Assembly (NCBI GenBank): GCA_964620765.1
Contig: CAZUKF010000003.1
Span: 1 to 36,532, forward strand
Source of the DNA: an uncultured Rickettsiales bacterium
Lineage (GTDB): Bacteria; Pseudomonadota; Alphaproteobacteria; Rickettsiales; SXRF01
Direction of reading: 5' to 3'
Length of the DNA stretch: 36,532 nucleotides
Both the position numbers and the translations under genes were made by a program. The notes beneath the pieces are model-generated. The model saw nothing but the letters and a program-made list of their open reading frames with translations. It made no database searches and had not been told where the DNA came from. This document shows, one piece after another, positions 1-8,288 of this stretch; the first letter of the stretch is position 1, and each line of letters starts with the position of its first letter.

Positions 1-174
1 GGCAGCAGCGAGCCGATGGCCGATTCGCTGGTGAAGGTGGGCATGCTGCTGTTGCGCTGGCACGAGCAGAATTTGAAGCGCGCCGAGCCCGGCGCGGTGC
101 AGGAGCCGCCGCTCGAGGAGGCGGATTACGACGTCATGAAACGCAACATGGAAAAGCTGCGGCCCGGCGCATGA
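1..174 (+). CDS. 3' end of a gene coupled to terL; putative GTA small terminase by position (partial)
   Basis: Frame 1 is open from base 1 (GSSEPMADSLVKVG...EKLRPGA*). Its TGA overlaps the terL ATG (ATGA, 171-174). Function inferred from position only. Confidence 0.5.
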   Translation, partial: GSSEPMADSLVKVGMLLLRWHEQNLKRAEPGAVQEPPLEEADYDVMKRNMEKLRPGA

Positions 175-1514
175 ACAGGCTGAAGCAGCGGTATTTCGAC
201 CTGCTGGCCCGTGATTTCCCGGTTTTCATCGACCGGGTGTTTGCGACGGTGAATCCCGGCACGCGTTACCTGCCGAACTGGCATATCGAGGCGCTGGCAG
301 AGAAGCTGGAGGCGGTGCGCAAGGGCGAGGTGAAGCGGTTGATTATCAACCTGCCGCCGCGGGCGCTGAAATCGCTCTGCGTGAGTGTGGCTTGGCCGGC
401 GTGGATTCTGGGGCATGACCCAACGGCGCGTGTGCTGTGCGCCAGCTACGCGGCGCCGCTGGCGCTGAAGCATTCGCTGGATACAAGGTTGGTGATGAAC
501 GCGCCCTGGTATCGTGCGGCGTTCCCGCAAACGCGGCTGGCGCGCGACCAGAACGAGAAGCATAAATTTGTAACCACCGGGCGCGGGTTCCGCTTTGCGA
601 CAAGCGTGGGCGGAACGCTGACGGGCGAGGGCGGGAATTTTTTGATTATTGATGATCCGCAGACGCCGCTGCAGGCGCTATCTGGTGATTTTCGTAATCA
701 CGTGAGCCGCTGGTTCGAGCATACGTTTGCGAGCCGGCTGGATGACAAGGAGCGTGGTGTGATTGTGCTCGTTATGCAGCGGCTGCACGCGGATGATCTT
801 TCCGGCTATTTGCTGGAAAAGGGCGCGTGGGAGCATTTGTCTTTTCCGGCGGTCGGGGAGAACGGACAGCTGTTGCACCCGGCGCGGGAGAATGCGGAAG
901 CCGTGGAGCGGGCGAAGCGCGAGCTGGGAGCGCAGGCGTTCGCGGCGCAGTATCAGCAGCAGCCGTTGCCGGAAGAGGGCGGGATTATCAAATCCGCGTG
1001 GGTGCGAAGGTATGATGCGCTGCCGGAGGGGCGGGTGGTGCAGAGCTGGGACACGGCGATCAAAAGCGGTGCGCAGCATGATGCGAGCTGTTGTCTGACC
1101 TTCGTGGAGTATGAGGGACACGCGTACTTGGTGGAGGCGTATGTGGCGCGACTGGAATATCCGGATCTCAGGCGCGCCGTGCTGGCGCGGGCGGAACGCT
1201 GGAAGCCGGAGGCGGTGCTGGTGGAAGACCGCGCGAGCGGGCAGCAGCTGCTGCAGGATTTGCGGCGCGAGAGCTGGCTGCCGCTGGTGGCCGTGCAGCC
1301 GAAGGCGGACAAGATGACGCGGATGGCGGCGGTTTCGGCGCTGGTGGAGGGCGGGCGGCTGTTTCTGCCGGTGCAGGCGGCGTGGCTCGCTGATTTCGAA
1401 GCCGAAATATTTCATTTCCCGGCCGCAAGGCATGACGACCAGGCCGATGCCCTGAGCCAGTACCTTGATTGGCTGCGCCGTGTAGCGATTAAGCCGCGTT
1501 TACGAAATCTCTAG
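171..1514 (+). CDS. terL: Terminase large subunit (GTA-like)
   Basis: Walker A-type INLPPRALKS, Walker B LIIDDP, VMQRLH, AQYQQQP, and nuclease motifs QSWDTA and HDDQADA. Confidence 0.95.
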   Translation: MNRLKQRYFDLLARDFPVFIDRVFATVNPGTRYLPNWHIEALAEKLEAVRKGEVKRLIINLPPRALKSLCVSVAWPAWILGHDPTARVLCASYAAPLALKHSLDTRLVMNAPWYRAAFPQTRLARDQNEKHKFVTTGRGFRFATSVGGTLTGEGGNFLIIDDPQTPLQALSGDFRNHVSRWFEHTFASRLDDKERGVIVLVMQRLHADDLSGYLLEKGAWEHLSFPAVGENGQLLHPARENAEAVERAKRELGAQAFAAQYQQQPLPEEGGIIKSAWVRRYDALPEGRVVQSWDTAIKSGAQHDASCCLTFVEYEGHAYLVEAYVARLEYPDLRRAVLARAERWKPEAVLVEDRASGQQLLQDLRRESWLPLVAVQPKADKMTRMAAVSALVEGGRLFLPVQAAWLADFEAEIFHFPAARHDDQADALSQYLDWLRRVAIKPRLRNL

Positions 1515-1519
1515 TAATT

Positions 1520-1534
1520 TTAACTATTATTTAA
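1520..1534. promoter_or_regulatory. CtrA-type box TTAA-N7-TTAA
   Basis: TTAA-ctattat-TTAA, an exact match to the CtrA consensus, in the AT-rich spacer upstream of ORF 1592. Confidence 0.55.
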
Positions 1535-1591
1535 ATATAGGGCCGTAAAATGGGGGTCATAGGTTAAAAATTTGTTATTAAATGGGGATTT

Positions 1592-1867
1592 ATGATGTCG
1601 GGACGTGATGACACCACTTCGGGGTTCGCATCCAGGCTCTCTGCCGGCAGGCAGGGCCCGAAGATTAATAACATGAATAACAAGAGAGTGCAGACCATGG
1701 GTGAGCTGATTCTGCAGGTGGCAGAAGCGCTGAAGCCCGGGCTGCAGGACGAGCTCGAGGGGGTGCGTGATGAAAATGGCATGCCGGTGCAGCCCGCACG
1801 TGTGCGGGGCATCGCCATCATCATCGCGCAGGAGCTCGTGAAGTCTCACATGGCTAACGCAGCATAA
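1592..1867 (+). CDS. Hypothetical protein (start uncertain)
   Basis: 91-aa ORF followed by an RBS-led ORF; no recognisable motif. Confidence 0.6.
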   Translation: MMSGRDDTTSGFASRLSAGRQGPKINNMNNKRVQTMGELILQVAEALKPGLQDELEGVRDENGMPVQPARVRGIAIIIAQELVKSHMANAA

Positions 1868-1878
1868 GGGAGGCATTT

Positions 1879-2169
1879 ATGGCCCCTACAACTTTACCTG
1901 ATGCAAGGGATGTGGTGAAAAATCCGAAGGCCCCGCAAGTGGCGCAGGATACTCTGCATAATTGCACGAAAGAACATACGCTCGCGCTTAACGGCCAGCC
2001 GTATAAGCCGAATGAGCGCAGGATGGGCACGTTGCTCACCGGTGCATACGGGCACCTGGATATGCAGGAAAAGGCTCAGAACCAGTTGAGCGAGCCGCGA
2101 TCATACCGGGAGAGGTTGCAGCGGCAGGAAAAGGATTCAAAAGATCCAAGCTGGGATATGGGTGTTTAA
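1879..2169 (+). CDS. Hypothetical protein with C-terminal SYRERL motif
   Basis: Strong RBS (AAGGGAGG), 96 aa, followed by a terminator. Confidence 0.7.
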   Translation: MAPTTLPDARDVVKNPKAPQVAQDTLHNCTKEHTLALNGQPYKPNERRMGTLLTGAYGHLDMQEKAQNQLSEPRSYRERLQRQEKDSKDPSWDMGV

Positions 2170-2227
2170 AAAAAGTTTCACTTTGCCCCTTCCGGGGTAT
2201 TGCGGTTCGTGTAATTCTCGTAAATGT

Positions 2228-2260
2228 AGGCTCCCAGAAGTGGGGGCCTTTTCTTTTTCT
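2228..2260 (+). terminator. Intrinsic terminator
   Basis: aggctccc-agaagt-gggggcct stem followed by tttctttttct. Confidence 0.7.
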
Positions 2261-2372
2261 CGTCATTGCGGCGAAAGCCGCAACCCAGTGCGCCTTGAGC
2301 CTGCCCCGGCGAAGGCCGGGGTCTGCGGCGCGTATATGTTTTTACTGGGCCCCGGCTTCCGCCGGGGTGACG
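2261..2372. repeat. REP/RPE-like palindromic element
   Basis: cgtca...tgacg ends; hairpins ttgcggc-gaaa-gccgcaa and ccccggc-ttcc-gccgggg; inner cccagt/actggg stem. Confidence 0.8.
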
Positions 2373-2398
2373 TTTAACTCTAAAAAACAGGAATCCTC

Positions 2399-3622
2399 AT
2401 GAACGCCATGCACGCGATCACGCGGTTGTTTAAAAAGCGCGCGCAAGTAAAAAGCCTGAACATCACCGGCTCGCGCACCTACATGGTGGCGCCCGGCCAG
2501 CCGGTGTGGATGGACCGTGATTACGGGCGGTTTGCGCAGGAAGCGTTCATGCGCAACGTGGTGGCGCACCGTGCCGTGAACATGGTGGCCAATGCCGCCG
2601 CGGGCGTGAAGGTAAAGGTGATAAAAGGCGGCCGGGAACTGAAAGCGCATAAGCTGTTGGATTTGCTGTCGCAGCCCAACCCGGCGCAGAACGGCGCGGC
2701 GTTTTTCGAGGCGCTGTACCAGTACCGCCTGATTGCGGGCAACGCGTTCGTGCACGCGGTGGGGCCGGCGGGCCTGCCTGCGCGAAGCCGAAGCGGCTTC
2801 GCTTCGGCGGAGGCAGGCGAGGCGCATGAGCTGCATTTGCTGCGGCCGGACCGTGTTTCCATTATCGCGGGCAAGAACGGCATGCCCGCCGCCTATCGCT
2901 ACAGCGTGGGCGAGGAGGCGCGCGACTACCCGATCAATCGCGTGACGTGGGCATCGCGCATTTTGCACATCAAAAATTTTCACCCGCTGAATGACTGGTA
3001 CGGGCTTTCGCCCATTGAGGCCGCGGCCTATAGCATCGACCAGCATAACCAGGCGGGGGCGTGGAACCAGGCGCTGCTGCAGAATGGAGCGCGGCCCTCT
3101 GGGGCGCTGGTAGTGAAGCTGGAGGGCGCGCAGGGCGGGGTGCTTTCAGAAGAGCAGTATACGCGCATCAAGCAGCAGGTGGACGAGCAGTTTGCCGGGC
3201 CGGGCAATGCCGGGCGGCCGCTGTTGCTGGAGGGCGGGCTGGAATGGAAAGAACTTTCCATGACGCCGCGCGACATGGATTTCATTGCCTGCAAGCACAG
3301 CGCTGCGCGCGACATTGCGCTGGCGTTCGGTGTGCCGCCGCAGCTTTTGGGTATTCCCGGTGATAACACGTATTCCAATCTGCAGGAGGCGCGGCTGGCG
3401 TTGTGGGAGCAGACGGTGCTGCCGCTGGTGGATTCCACGCTGGGTTCGCTGGGGAATTGGCTGGAAGCGCTATTCGGCGAGAAGCTGGCGCTGAAGGCGG
3501 ATGTGGATGGCATACTCGCGCTGGCCGCGCGCAACCAGCTGCTCTGGGAGCGAGTGGAAAAGGCGAGCTTTCTGACGCGGGATGAGAAACGCGCGGCGGT
3601 GGGCTACCCGGCGGGGGCGTGA
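2399..3622 (+). CDS. HK97-family portal protein (GTA g3-like), with a 15-aa in-frame repeat insertion
   Basis: LLSQPNP, GNAF, LRPDRV, FHPLNDWYGLSP, NGARPSGAL, LLEGGLEW, IALAFGVPPQLLGIPGDNTYSN. Confidence 0.97.
   Translation: MNAMHAITRLFKKRAQVKSLNITGSRTYMVAPGQPVWMDRDYGRFAQEAFMRNVVAHRAVNMVANAAAGVKVKVIKGGRELKAHKLLDLLSQPNPAQNGAAFFEALYQYRLIAGNAFVHAVGPAGLPARSRSGFASAEAGEAHELHLLRPDRVSIIAGKNGMPAAYRYSVGEEARDYPINRVTWASRILHIKNFHPLNDWYGLSPIEAAAYSIDQHNQAGAWNQALLQNGARPSGALVVKLEGAQGGVLSEEQYTRIKQQVDEQFAGPGNAGRPLLLEGGLEWKELSMTPRDMDFIACKHSAARDIALAFGVPPQLLGIPGDNTYSNLQEARLALWEQTVLPLVDSTLGSLGNWLEALFGEKLALKADVDGILALAARNQLLWERVEKASFLTRDEKRAAVGYPAGA
2772..2818. repeat. Palindromic element inserted in-frame in the portal gene
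   Basis: gcctgcct...aggcaggc terminal inverted repeat; internal gcgaagccg/cggcttcgc hairpin. Confidence 0.8.
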
Positions 3623-4420
3623 TTATTCATTCGGCCTGGGGCGGCGTACGCGGCGTGGTGTACCACTGACCCTGCCAAGCTGGGGGTCATCAGCTCTTTG
3701 CTGATCGATAAGATCTGTCAGGGTTTCTGTGGGCGTTTCCGCCTCTGCCGCTGGCGGTGGGGCACCACCCGCTCCAAGCGTTTCCGAGGCGGGGCTATCA
3801 TCATCAGGCATAATAGTTCCGGTAGCTTGGCCAAAGCGGGCGGAAAGCGTAGCAAAATCGATGTGCTCGGCTGTCATGACATGCAAGGTAGTCAGCGCCC
3901 TTTGTGCCTCTCTTATATCAGCCAGTTCTTTAGCGGAGAGAATAGGAACGCCTTTCATTTTTTTGCTGCCATGGTCCTCGGCGAGGCCAAACAGATCACC
4001 CACGTGCTCAATATGCTCTGCAAGAGTGGAAACGCCGTAGATCCCCGGGGGCGGCTCGGTTAAATGCGGGTTTGCAGAGTAGGCTGCTGCCGTATCAGCA
4101 GCGCCGGTCAGCATGTTCGCGCGCTCTGCAAATTCTGCAATCAGCGCCCCTCTTTCTTTCTCGGGGTGTTTTGCAGCTTTTAAAAGTTTTGCTATCCGAG
4201 AGGTATCGGCTGAAAGAATATCATCGCTCGAAATATCTACCTGCTTTGTACTGCCGGGCATGAGCATTTCAAGCACGGGTTCGATCTTGGCTTTATATTC
4301 CGCAGCTACGAACGCTTCATTCAGGTAGTTCGCGTAGCGTGCTGCAAAACCAGGTTTCTCTTCATCGCCATCACCTGGCAGGGGAAAGTCTTCGTTATCT
4401 TTTCTACCAAAAAACGCCAT
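3623..4420 (-). CDS. Hypothetical protein (ORFan; low-complexity, Arg-rich C-terminus)
   Basis: 265-aa ORF with RBS GGAGG; its stop abuts the portal stop. Confidence 0.75.
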   Translation of the reverse strand: MAFFGRKDNEDFPLPGDGDEEKPGFAARYANYLNEAFVAAEYKAKIEPVLEMLMPGSTKQVDISSDDILSADTSRIAKLLKAAKHPEKERGALIAEFAERANMLTGAADTAAAYSANPHLTEPPPGIYGVSTLAEHIEHVGDLFGLAEDHGSKKMKGVPILSAKELADIREAQRALTTLHVMTAEHIDFATLSARFGQATGTIMPDDDSPASETLGAGGAPPPAAEAETPTETLTDLIDQQRADDPQLGRVSGTPRRVRRPRPNE

Positions 4421-4485
4421 GGTTGGCCTCCATCACAGAAGTAAACAGGAGTAGACAATTTGCCATAAACCGGCGGCCGGGGAAA

Positions 4486-4503
4486 ATGACAAGTTGATGA
4501 CAC
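4486..4503 (-). promoter_or_regulatory. Pho-box-like direct repeat
   Basis: Minus strand reads GTGTCAT-CAAC-TTGTCAT, upstream of the ORF starting at 4420. Confidence 0.5.
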
Positions 4504-4533
4504 CGGTCTGCGGAAACGCTATTTTAGCGGCCT

Positions 4534-5073
4534 ATGGGCTGGAAAAACACTTCAGAAGCGTATGGCAGGGCCGCCAAGCTCTTTCACTGGATCATGGCGG
4601 CGCTGGTGATCGGCCTGCTGGCGGCGGGGCTATACATGGTGGGCATGGACCGCGTGTCTCCGGACCGGGTGAAGCTCTATGGCCTGCATAAATCCTTCGG
4701 GGCACTGGTGCTGGCGGTGGTGGCAGCCCGCCTGGCGTGGCGGCTGACCAACACGGTGCCGCCGCTGCCCGATGACATGCGCAAAATTGATAAATTCGGT
4801 GCGCACGCCGCGCACTGGGGTTTGTATGCGCTGATGTTCGCCATGCCGCTGTCCGGCTGGGCGATGTCGGCGGCGGCGGGGTTCCCGCCTTCCTTCTTCG
4901 GGCTGTTCACGCTGCCCAACATCGTGCCGGTGGATGACGGGATACGCGTTTTTGCAAAAGCATCACACTGGTGGCTTTCGCGTGCGCTGATCGTGCTGAT
5001 TGCCTTGCATGCGGGCGCGGCGCTGTGGCATCATTTCATCCGCAAGGATAATATATTGCGGAGAATGTTATGA
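4534..5073 (+). CDS. Cytochrome b561 (CybB/YceJ family)
   Basis: Heme-ligand His motifs FHW, LHKSFG, AHWGLY and LHAGAALWHH...D..L.RM; four TM helices. Confidence 0.95.
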   Translation: MGWKNTSEAYGRAAKLFHWIMAALVIGLLAAGLYMVGMDRVSPDRVKLYGLHKSFGALVLAVVAARLAWRLTNTVPPLPDDMRKIDKFGAHAAHWGLYALMFAMPLSGWAMSAAAGFPPSFFGLFTLPNIVPVDDGIRVFAKASHWWLSRALIVLIALHAGAALWHHFIRKDNILRRML

Positions 5074-5717
5074 GGAACGTCATTGCGAGCGAAGCGAAGC
5101 AATCCAGATGGTGCAAAGCTAAGCACTGGATTGCTTCGTTGCTGACGCTCCTCGCAATGACGGTAATATCGCCCGCGTTCGCGGCAGAAGAGCTGCCGCG
5201 CTACTCGGTGGCGCCGGAGGGCAGCAAGCTCAAATTCGTCGCTATCCAGAACGATGCGCCGGTGGAAGGCGCGTTCTCGCGCTACACCGCCGACATACGC
5301 TTTGACCCGAAGCGGCTGGATGAAAGCAGCATCACGGTGGAAGTGGATATGAGCAGCGTGTTTACCGCCTACCCGGAAGTGGGCACTACGCTTGCAACGG
5401 CGGACTGGTTTGACGTTGCCAGCTTCCCGAAGGCGCATTTCCGCACCATTACTATCAAAGAAATACCACCCGCCGTGGTGAGCGATGACCGCAAATATTA
5501 TTATGCGGATTCCGAGCTCAGCTTACGCGGGGTGAAGATGCCGCTGGCGCTTAACTTCGTGCTGGAAAGCCTGGATGCGAGCGGGGCGATTGCAACCGGG
5601 CATTTGACGCTGCAGCGCACGGATTTTGGCGTGGGGCAGGGTGAGTGGAAAAACACCGAGGTGGTGCAGAACCCGGTGACGGTTTCGTTCCGCATTGCGG
5701 CGAAGAGAGAGAAATAG
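5070..5717 (+). CDS. yceI: YceI-family periplasmic polyisoprenoid-binding protein
   Basis: S.L.F, G.F, DWFDVASFPKAHF, L.LRGV, RTDFGVGQGEW; signal peptide ending AFA; ATGA overlap with cytochrome b561. Confidence 0.92.
   Translation: MRNVIASEAKQSRWCKAKHWIASLLTLLAMTVISPAFAAEELPRYSVAPEGSKLKFVAIQNDAPVEGAFSRYTADIRFDPKRLDESSITVEVDMSSVFTAYPEVGTTLATADWFDVASFPKAHFRTITIKEIPPAVVSDDRKYYYADSELSLRGVKMPLALNFVLESLDASGAIATGHLTLQRTDFGVGQGEWKNTEVVQNPVTVSFRIAAKREK
5078..5162. repeat. RPE-like palindromic element within the yceI 5' end
   Basis: 12-bp IR cgtcattgcgag/ctcgcaatgacg and inner 12-bp IR gaagcaatccag/ctggattgcttc. Confidence 0.88.
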
Positions 5718-5785
5718 GCTTTGGGGATTGGGCATTGGGGATTGGGGTTTCTTCCCTAATCCCTAAAGCCCAACCCCTAATCCCA
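5715..5785. repeat. Inverted heptamer tandem array (TGGGGAT-type)
   Basis: TAGGCTT TGGGGAT TGGGCAT TGGGGAT ... ATCCCTA AAGCCCA ACCCCTA ATCCCA. Confidence 0.8.
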
Positions 5786-5796
5786 TAGGAGCTTTC

Positions 5797-6336
5797 ATGT
5801 ATTCAGAAAAAAATCACCTGGCCTGCGGGCTGGAGCTGAAGTCGCTTGACCCGTCGGGGCGTTTTGCCGGCTATGCCAGCGTCTTTAACGTGGTGGACAG
5901 CCAGCGCGATATCGTGCTGCGCGGGGCGTTCATGGAGAGTATCCGCGGGCGCGCCGCCGAGGTGAAGCTGCTGTGGCAGCACCAGCAGGATGAGCCGATC
6001 GGCACTATCACCACGCTGTTCGAGGACGAGCGCGGGCTTTACGTGGAAGGGCAGCTGCTAATGGATGTGCAGCGCGCGCGCGAGGCGTTTGCGCTCTTGA
6101 AGGCGGGCGTGATCTCGGGGCTTTCCATCGGCTATACCCCCCGCCGGTATAATGTGGACCCGGATACAGGCGTACGCGAGCTGGCGGCGGTGGATTTATG
6201 GGAGATTTCCCTCGTTACGTTCCCGGCCAACGCGGCGGCGGGGGTGACGGTGGTTAAGGCCGCCCCTCAGCAGATGATTGCGCTGAGCGATGCGCTTGAC
6301 CGCGCGATTGGAGTGCTGCGGCAACCCGGCGCATAA
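5797..6336 (+). CDS. HK97-family prohead protease (GTA g4-like)
   Basis: FAGYASVF..VD...D....GAF, LLWQH, GLSIGY, LWEISLVTFPAN; RBS AGGAG. Confidence 0.97.
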   Translation: MYSEKNHLACGLELKSLDPSGRFAGYASVFNVVDSQRDIVLRGAFMESIRGRAAEVKLLWQHQQDEPIGTITTLFEDERGLYVEGQLLMDVQRAREAFALLKAGVISGLSIGYTPRRYNVDPDTGVRELAAVDLWEISLVTFPANAAAGVTVVKAAPQQMIALSDALDRAIGVLRQPGA

Positions 6337-7387
6337 CGGGCTCCCAGACCAGCGGCTCTTCCTGACGTTCGATGGTGATGTTGTGGTACCAAGGGTTGCT
6401 TTCGCCTTCGGGCCAGCGGAAATCTCCGCCGCGCGAGAGCAGCAAGATGGACGGTGTGCCGATGGCGCCGGCGAAGTGGATGTTGGCGTTCTGCACAGTG
6501 ATGATTTCATCCAGCGCGCCGACGAGGGCGGCGAGGTTTTCAATGTCGCGGAAGGGATCAAACTGCGGGTCCACGAGAATGCGCCGGTCAATTCCAGCAG
6601 GGGTCACCTTGTGTTGCAGCGAGAAGAAATGGCAGCCGGGTGTGGAAAGCACCGGCTCCCAGACGGGCAGGGGCACGTTGCGGATGATGCCGGTGTAATC
6701 ATTCGTGGTGAACCAGGAGATGCCGATCTTGCGGCCGGGCAGGCGCGATAGCGCTTCGCGCGCCATGGTAAGGCGGGCGGGGTCCGGCACGATGCAGGGG
6801 CCGTGCTCGCGCGAGGGAATGTAGCTGGGCAGGCAGTGGACCAGCAGGTCGCCCATGGGGGCGTGGAAGTCAAAGCCGGTGTGATTTTCGTATTTTTCCT
6901 GCAGCGGCTCGAATGCGATGGCGGGGAAGGAACGTTGCAGGAGCGTGAGCATTTTTTCCGGTACGCCTGCGGTAAGCTGCGCCGGTTTCTGCGCCAGAAG
7001 GTGCGGGAAGAAACCCGCGTACATGAGAATATCGCCGATGCCCTGCTCGGCCCAGAGGAATACGCGCTTGCCGCTGATGCTTTTGCCGCGCCAGCGCGCT
7101 GCCGGGAATTCCCGCCAGTGCACCTCGGTGGCGTTGCGGAAGCGGTTTTCAAAAAGCGCGCGGCCCTCGTGGAAATGGCTCTGCTGCATGGTGAGCTGGC
7201 CGAGGGCGAGCTGTGAGAAGGAATAGCCCGGTTCAAGGGAAAGTGCGTGGCGGTAATGCGCTTCGGCACCTGCAAAATTGCCCAGCATGCGCTCGGTCTG
7301 GCCCAGCTCGTGGTGCCATGTGGGATTGTTCGGTTCAGACTGGATTTTTGCGAGTAACGCGGACTTGCGTTCAAGAAGAGGATTCAC
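6254..7387 (-). CDS. TPR-repeat / glycosyltransferase family 9-like protein
   Basis: N-terminal TPR-like helices, WRGK, EQGIGD, IGISW, SLQ, LDEIITVQNANIHFAGAIG. Confidence 0.88.
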   Translation of the reverse strand: MNPLLERKSALLAKIQSEPNNPTWHHELGQTERMLGNFAGAEAHYRHALSLEPGYSFSQLALGQLTMQQSHFHEGRALFENRFRNATEVHWREFPAARWRGKSISGKRVFLWAEQGIGDILMYAGFFPHLLAQKPAQLTAGVPEKMLTLLQRSFPAIAFEPLQEKYENHTGFDFHAPMGDLLVHCLPSYIPSREHGPCIVPDPARLTMAREALSRLPGRKIGISWFTTNDYTGIIRNVPLPVWEPVLSTPGCHFFSLQHKVTPAGIDRRILVDPQFDPFRDIENLAALVGALDEIITVQNANIHFAGAIGTPSILLLSRGGDFRWPEGESNPWYHNITIERQEEPLVWEPVMRRVAAALQSRGQAHRSAQSSAEGRP

Positions 7388-7660
7388 TTATTCCTCGAAG
7401 CCGTATTCGTCCTTCATGCGCTTTTTGACATCCGCCGGGGGATAGTCGCCATAACCGGAGATGATGATCTTGCCGTATTCGGTGAGCTGGATCTGGCCCT
7501 TCTTGGCATTGGTCTCGAACAGCTTCTTCTTCAGCTTTTCCACCTGCAGGTAATACCAAGCCGCGCGGCCGGTGCTGTCGTTGCCGCGGATGAGGTAAAT
7601 GCAGTCCGCGCGCGACGAACTTACAAGGTCGGTGAAGCTTTTTTTCTCAGGAGGCGTCAT
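7388..7660 (-). CDS. Small hypothetical protein; paralog of 10842-11201
   Basis: ATG at 7660 is coupled (TGATG) to the upstream ORF. YLIRG...AWYYL.V...YGKII.SG.G..P...EYGF pattern. Confidence 0.8.
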   Translation of the reverse strand: MTPPEKKSFTDLVSSSRADCIYLIRGNDSTGRAAWYYLQVEKLKKKLFETNAKKGQIQLTEYGKIIISGYGDYPPADVKKRMKDEYGFEE

Positions 7661-8202
7661 CAGTTCCGCTTGGCCGTGGGTACAAAACTCATGCTGTCTA
7701 CCAGCACGTGCGTGAAGGGAATAGCATGGTGTTTTGCGGGGGGCAAGGCCGGCATGCCCTCGGTGAGCATTTCCACCGCCTTTTCCAGCGCGCTCTTGCG
7801 CAGCGGCTTGCTGGCATCCACCAGGCTCAGGGCCCCATCCGGCAGGGTGCGGGGGGAGCGGAATGGCGAATCCAGCCATTTATCGATGACGTAACGGGTG
7901 TGGTCCACGTCATGTGTCACCAGCCCGACGGCGGGTTTGCGCTTGGCCGCGGCAAACGCCTCGAGGAAGGTGTGCAGGTTTTTCTGATAATCGTGCCGCC
8001 CGGGGATGCCGACATGGGCCAGCGCGACGTGCTGGCGCTCCAGCAATTCCGTGGTGCGCTCGGGGTGAGAAAGATCAAACCCGATGCGGTTGCAGGTACA
8101 GGAAGCAAAAAGGCTGCCCTTGAGCAGCAATAAATACGTTTCCGCGATGCTTTGATTGCGGCTGTCGCTGATTATCCCGATGCGAAGGTCTTTACGCGTC
8201 AT
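7660..8202 (-). CDS. Hypothetical protein (possible degenerate alpha/beta receiver-like fold)
   Basis: 180-aa ORF, first gene of a coupled three-gene minus-strand run. Confidence 0.6.
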   Translation of the reverse strand: MTRKDLRIGIISDSRNQSIAETYLLLLKGSLFASCTCNRIGFDLSHPERTTELLERQHVALAHVGIPGRHDYQKNLHTFLEAFAAAKRKPAVGLVTHDVDHTRYVIDKWLDSPFRSPRTLPDGALSLVDASKPLRKSALEKAVEMLTEGMPALPPAKHHAIPFTHVLVDSMSFVPTAKRN

Positions 8203-8288
8203 TGCCCGCCGGTACGTGTTGGTTAAAGCAGTTAGTTAACGTCTTAACCACTTTTACGAGGAAATCAATCAGTCAAAATGAGGAGAAT

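Noticed and set aside
8202-8288. Longer ORF-track starts (capsid 8202, int 28191, 7879, 14567, 12231, 33637)
   Set aside because: Downstream ATGs have RBS or coupling support; the extensions run through regulatory DNA or neighbouring genes.
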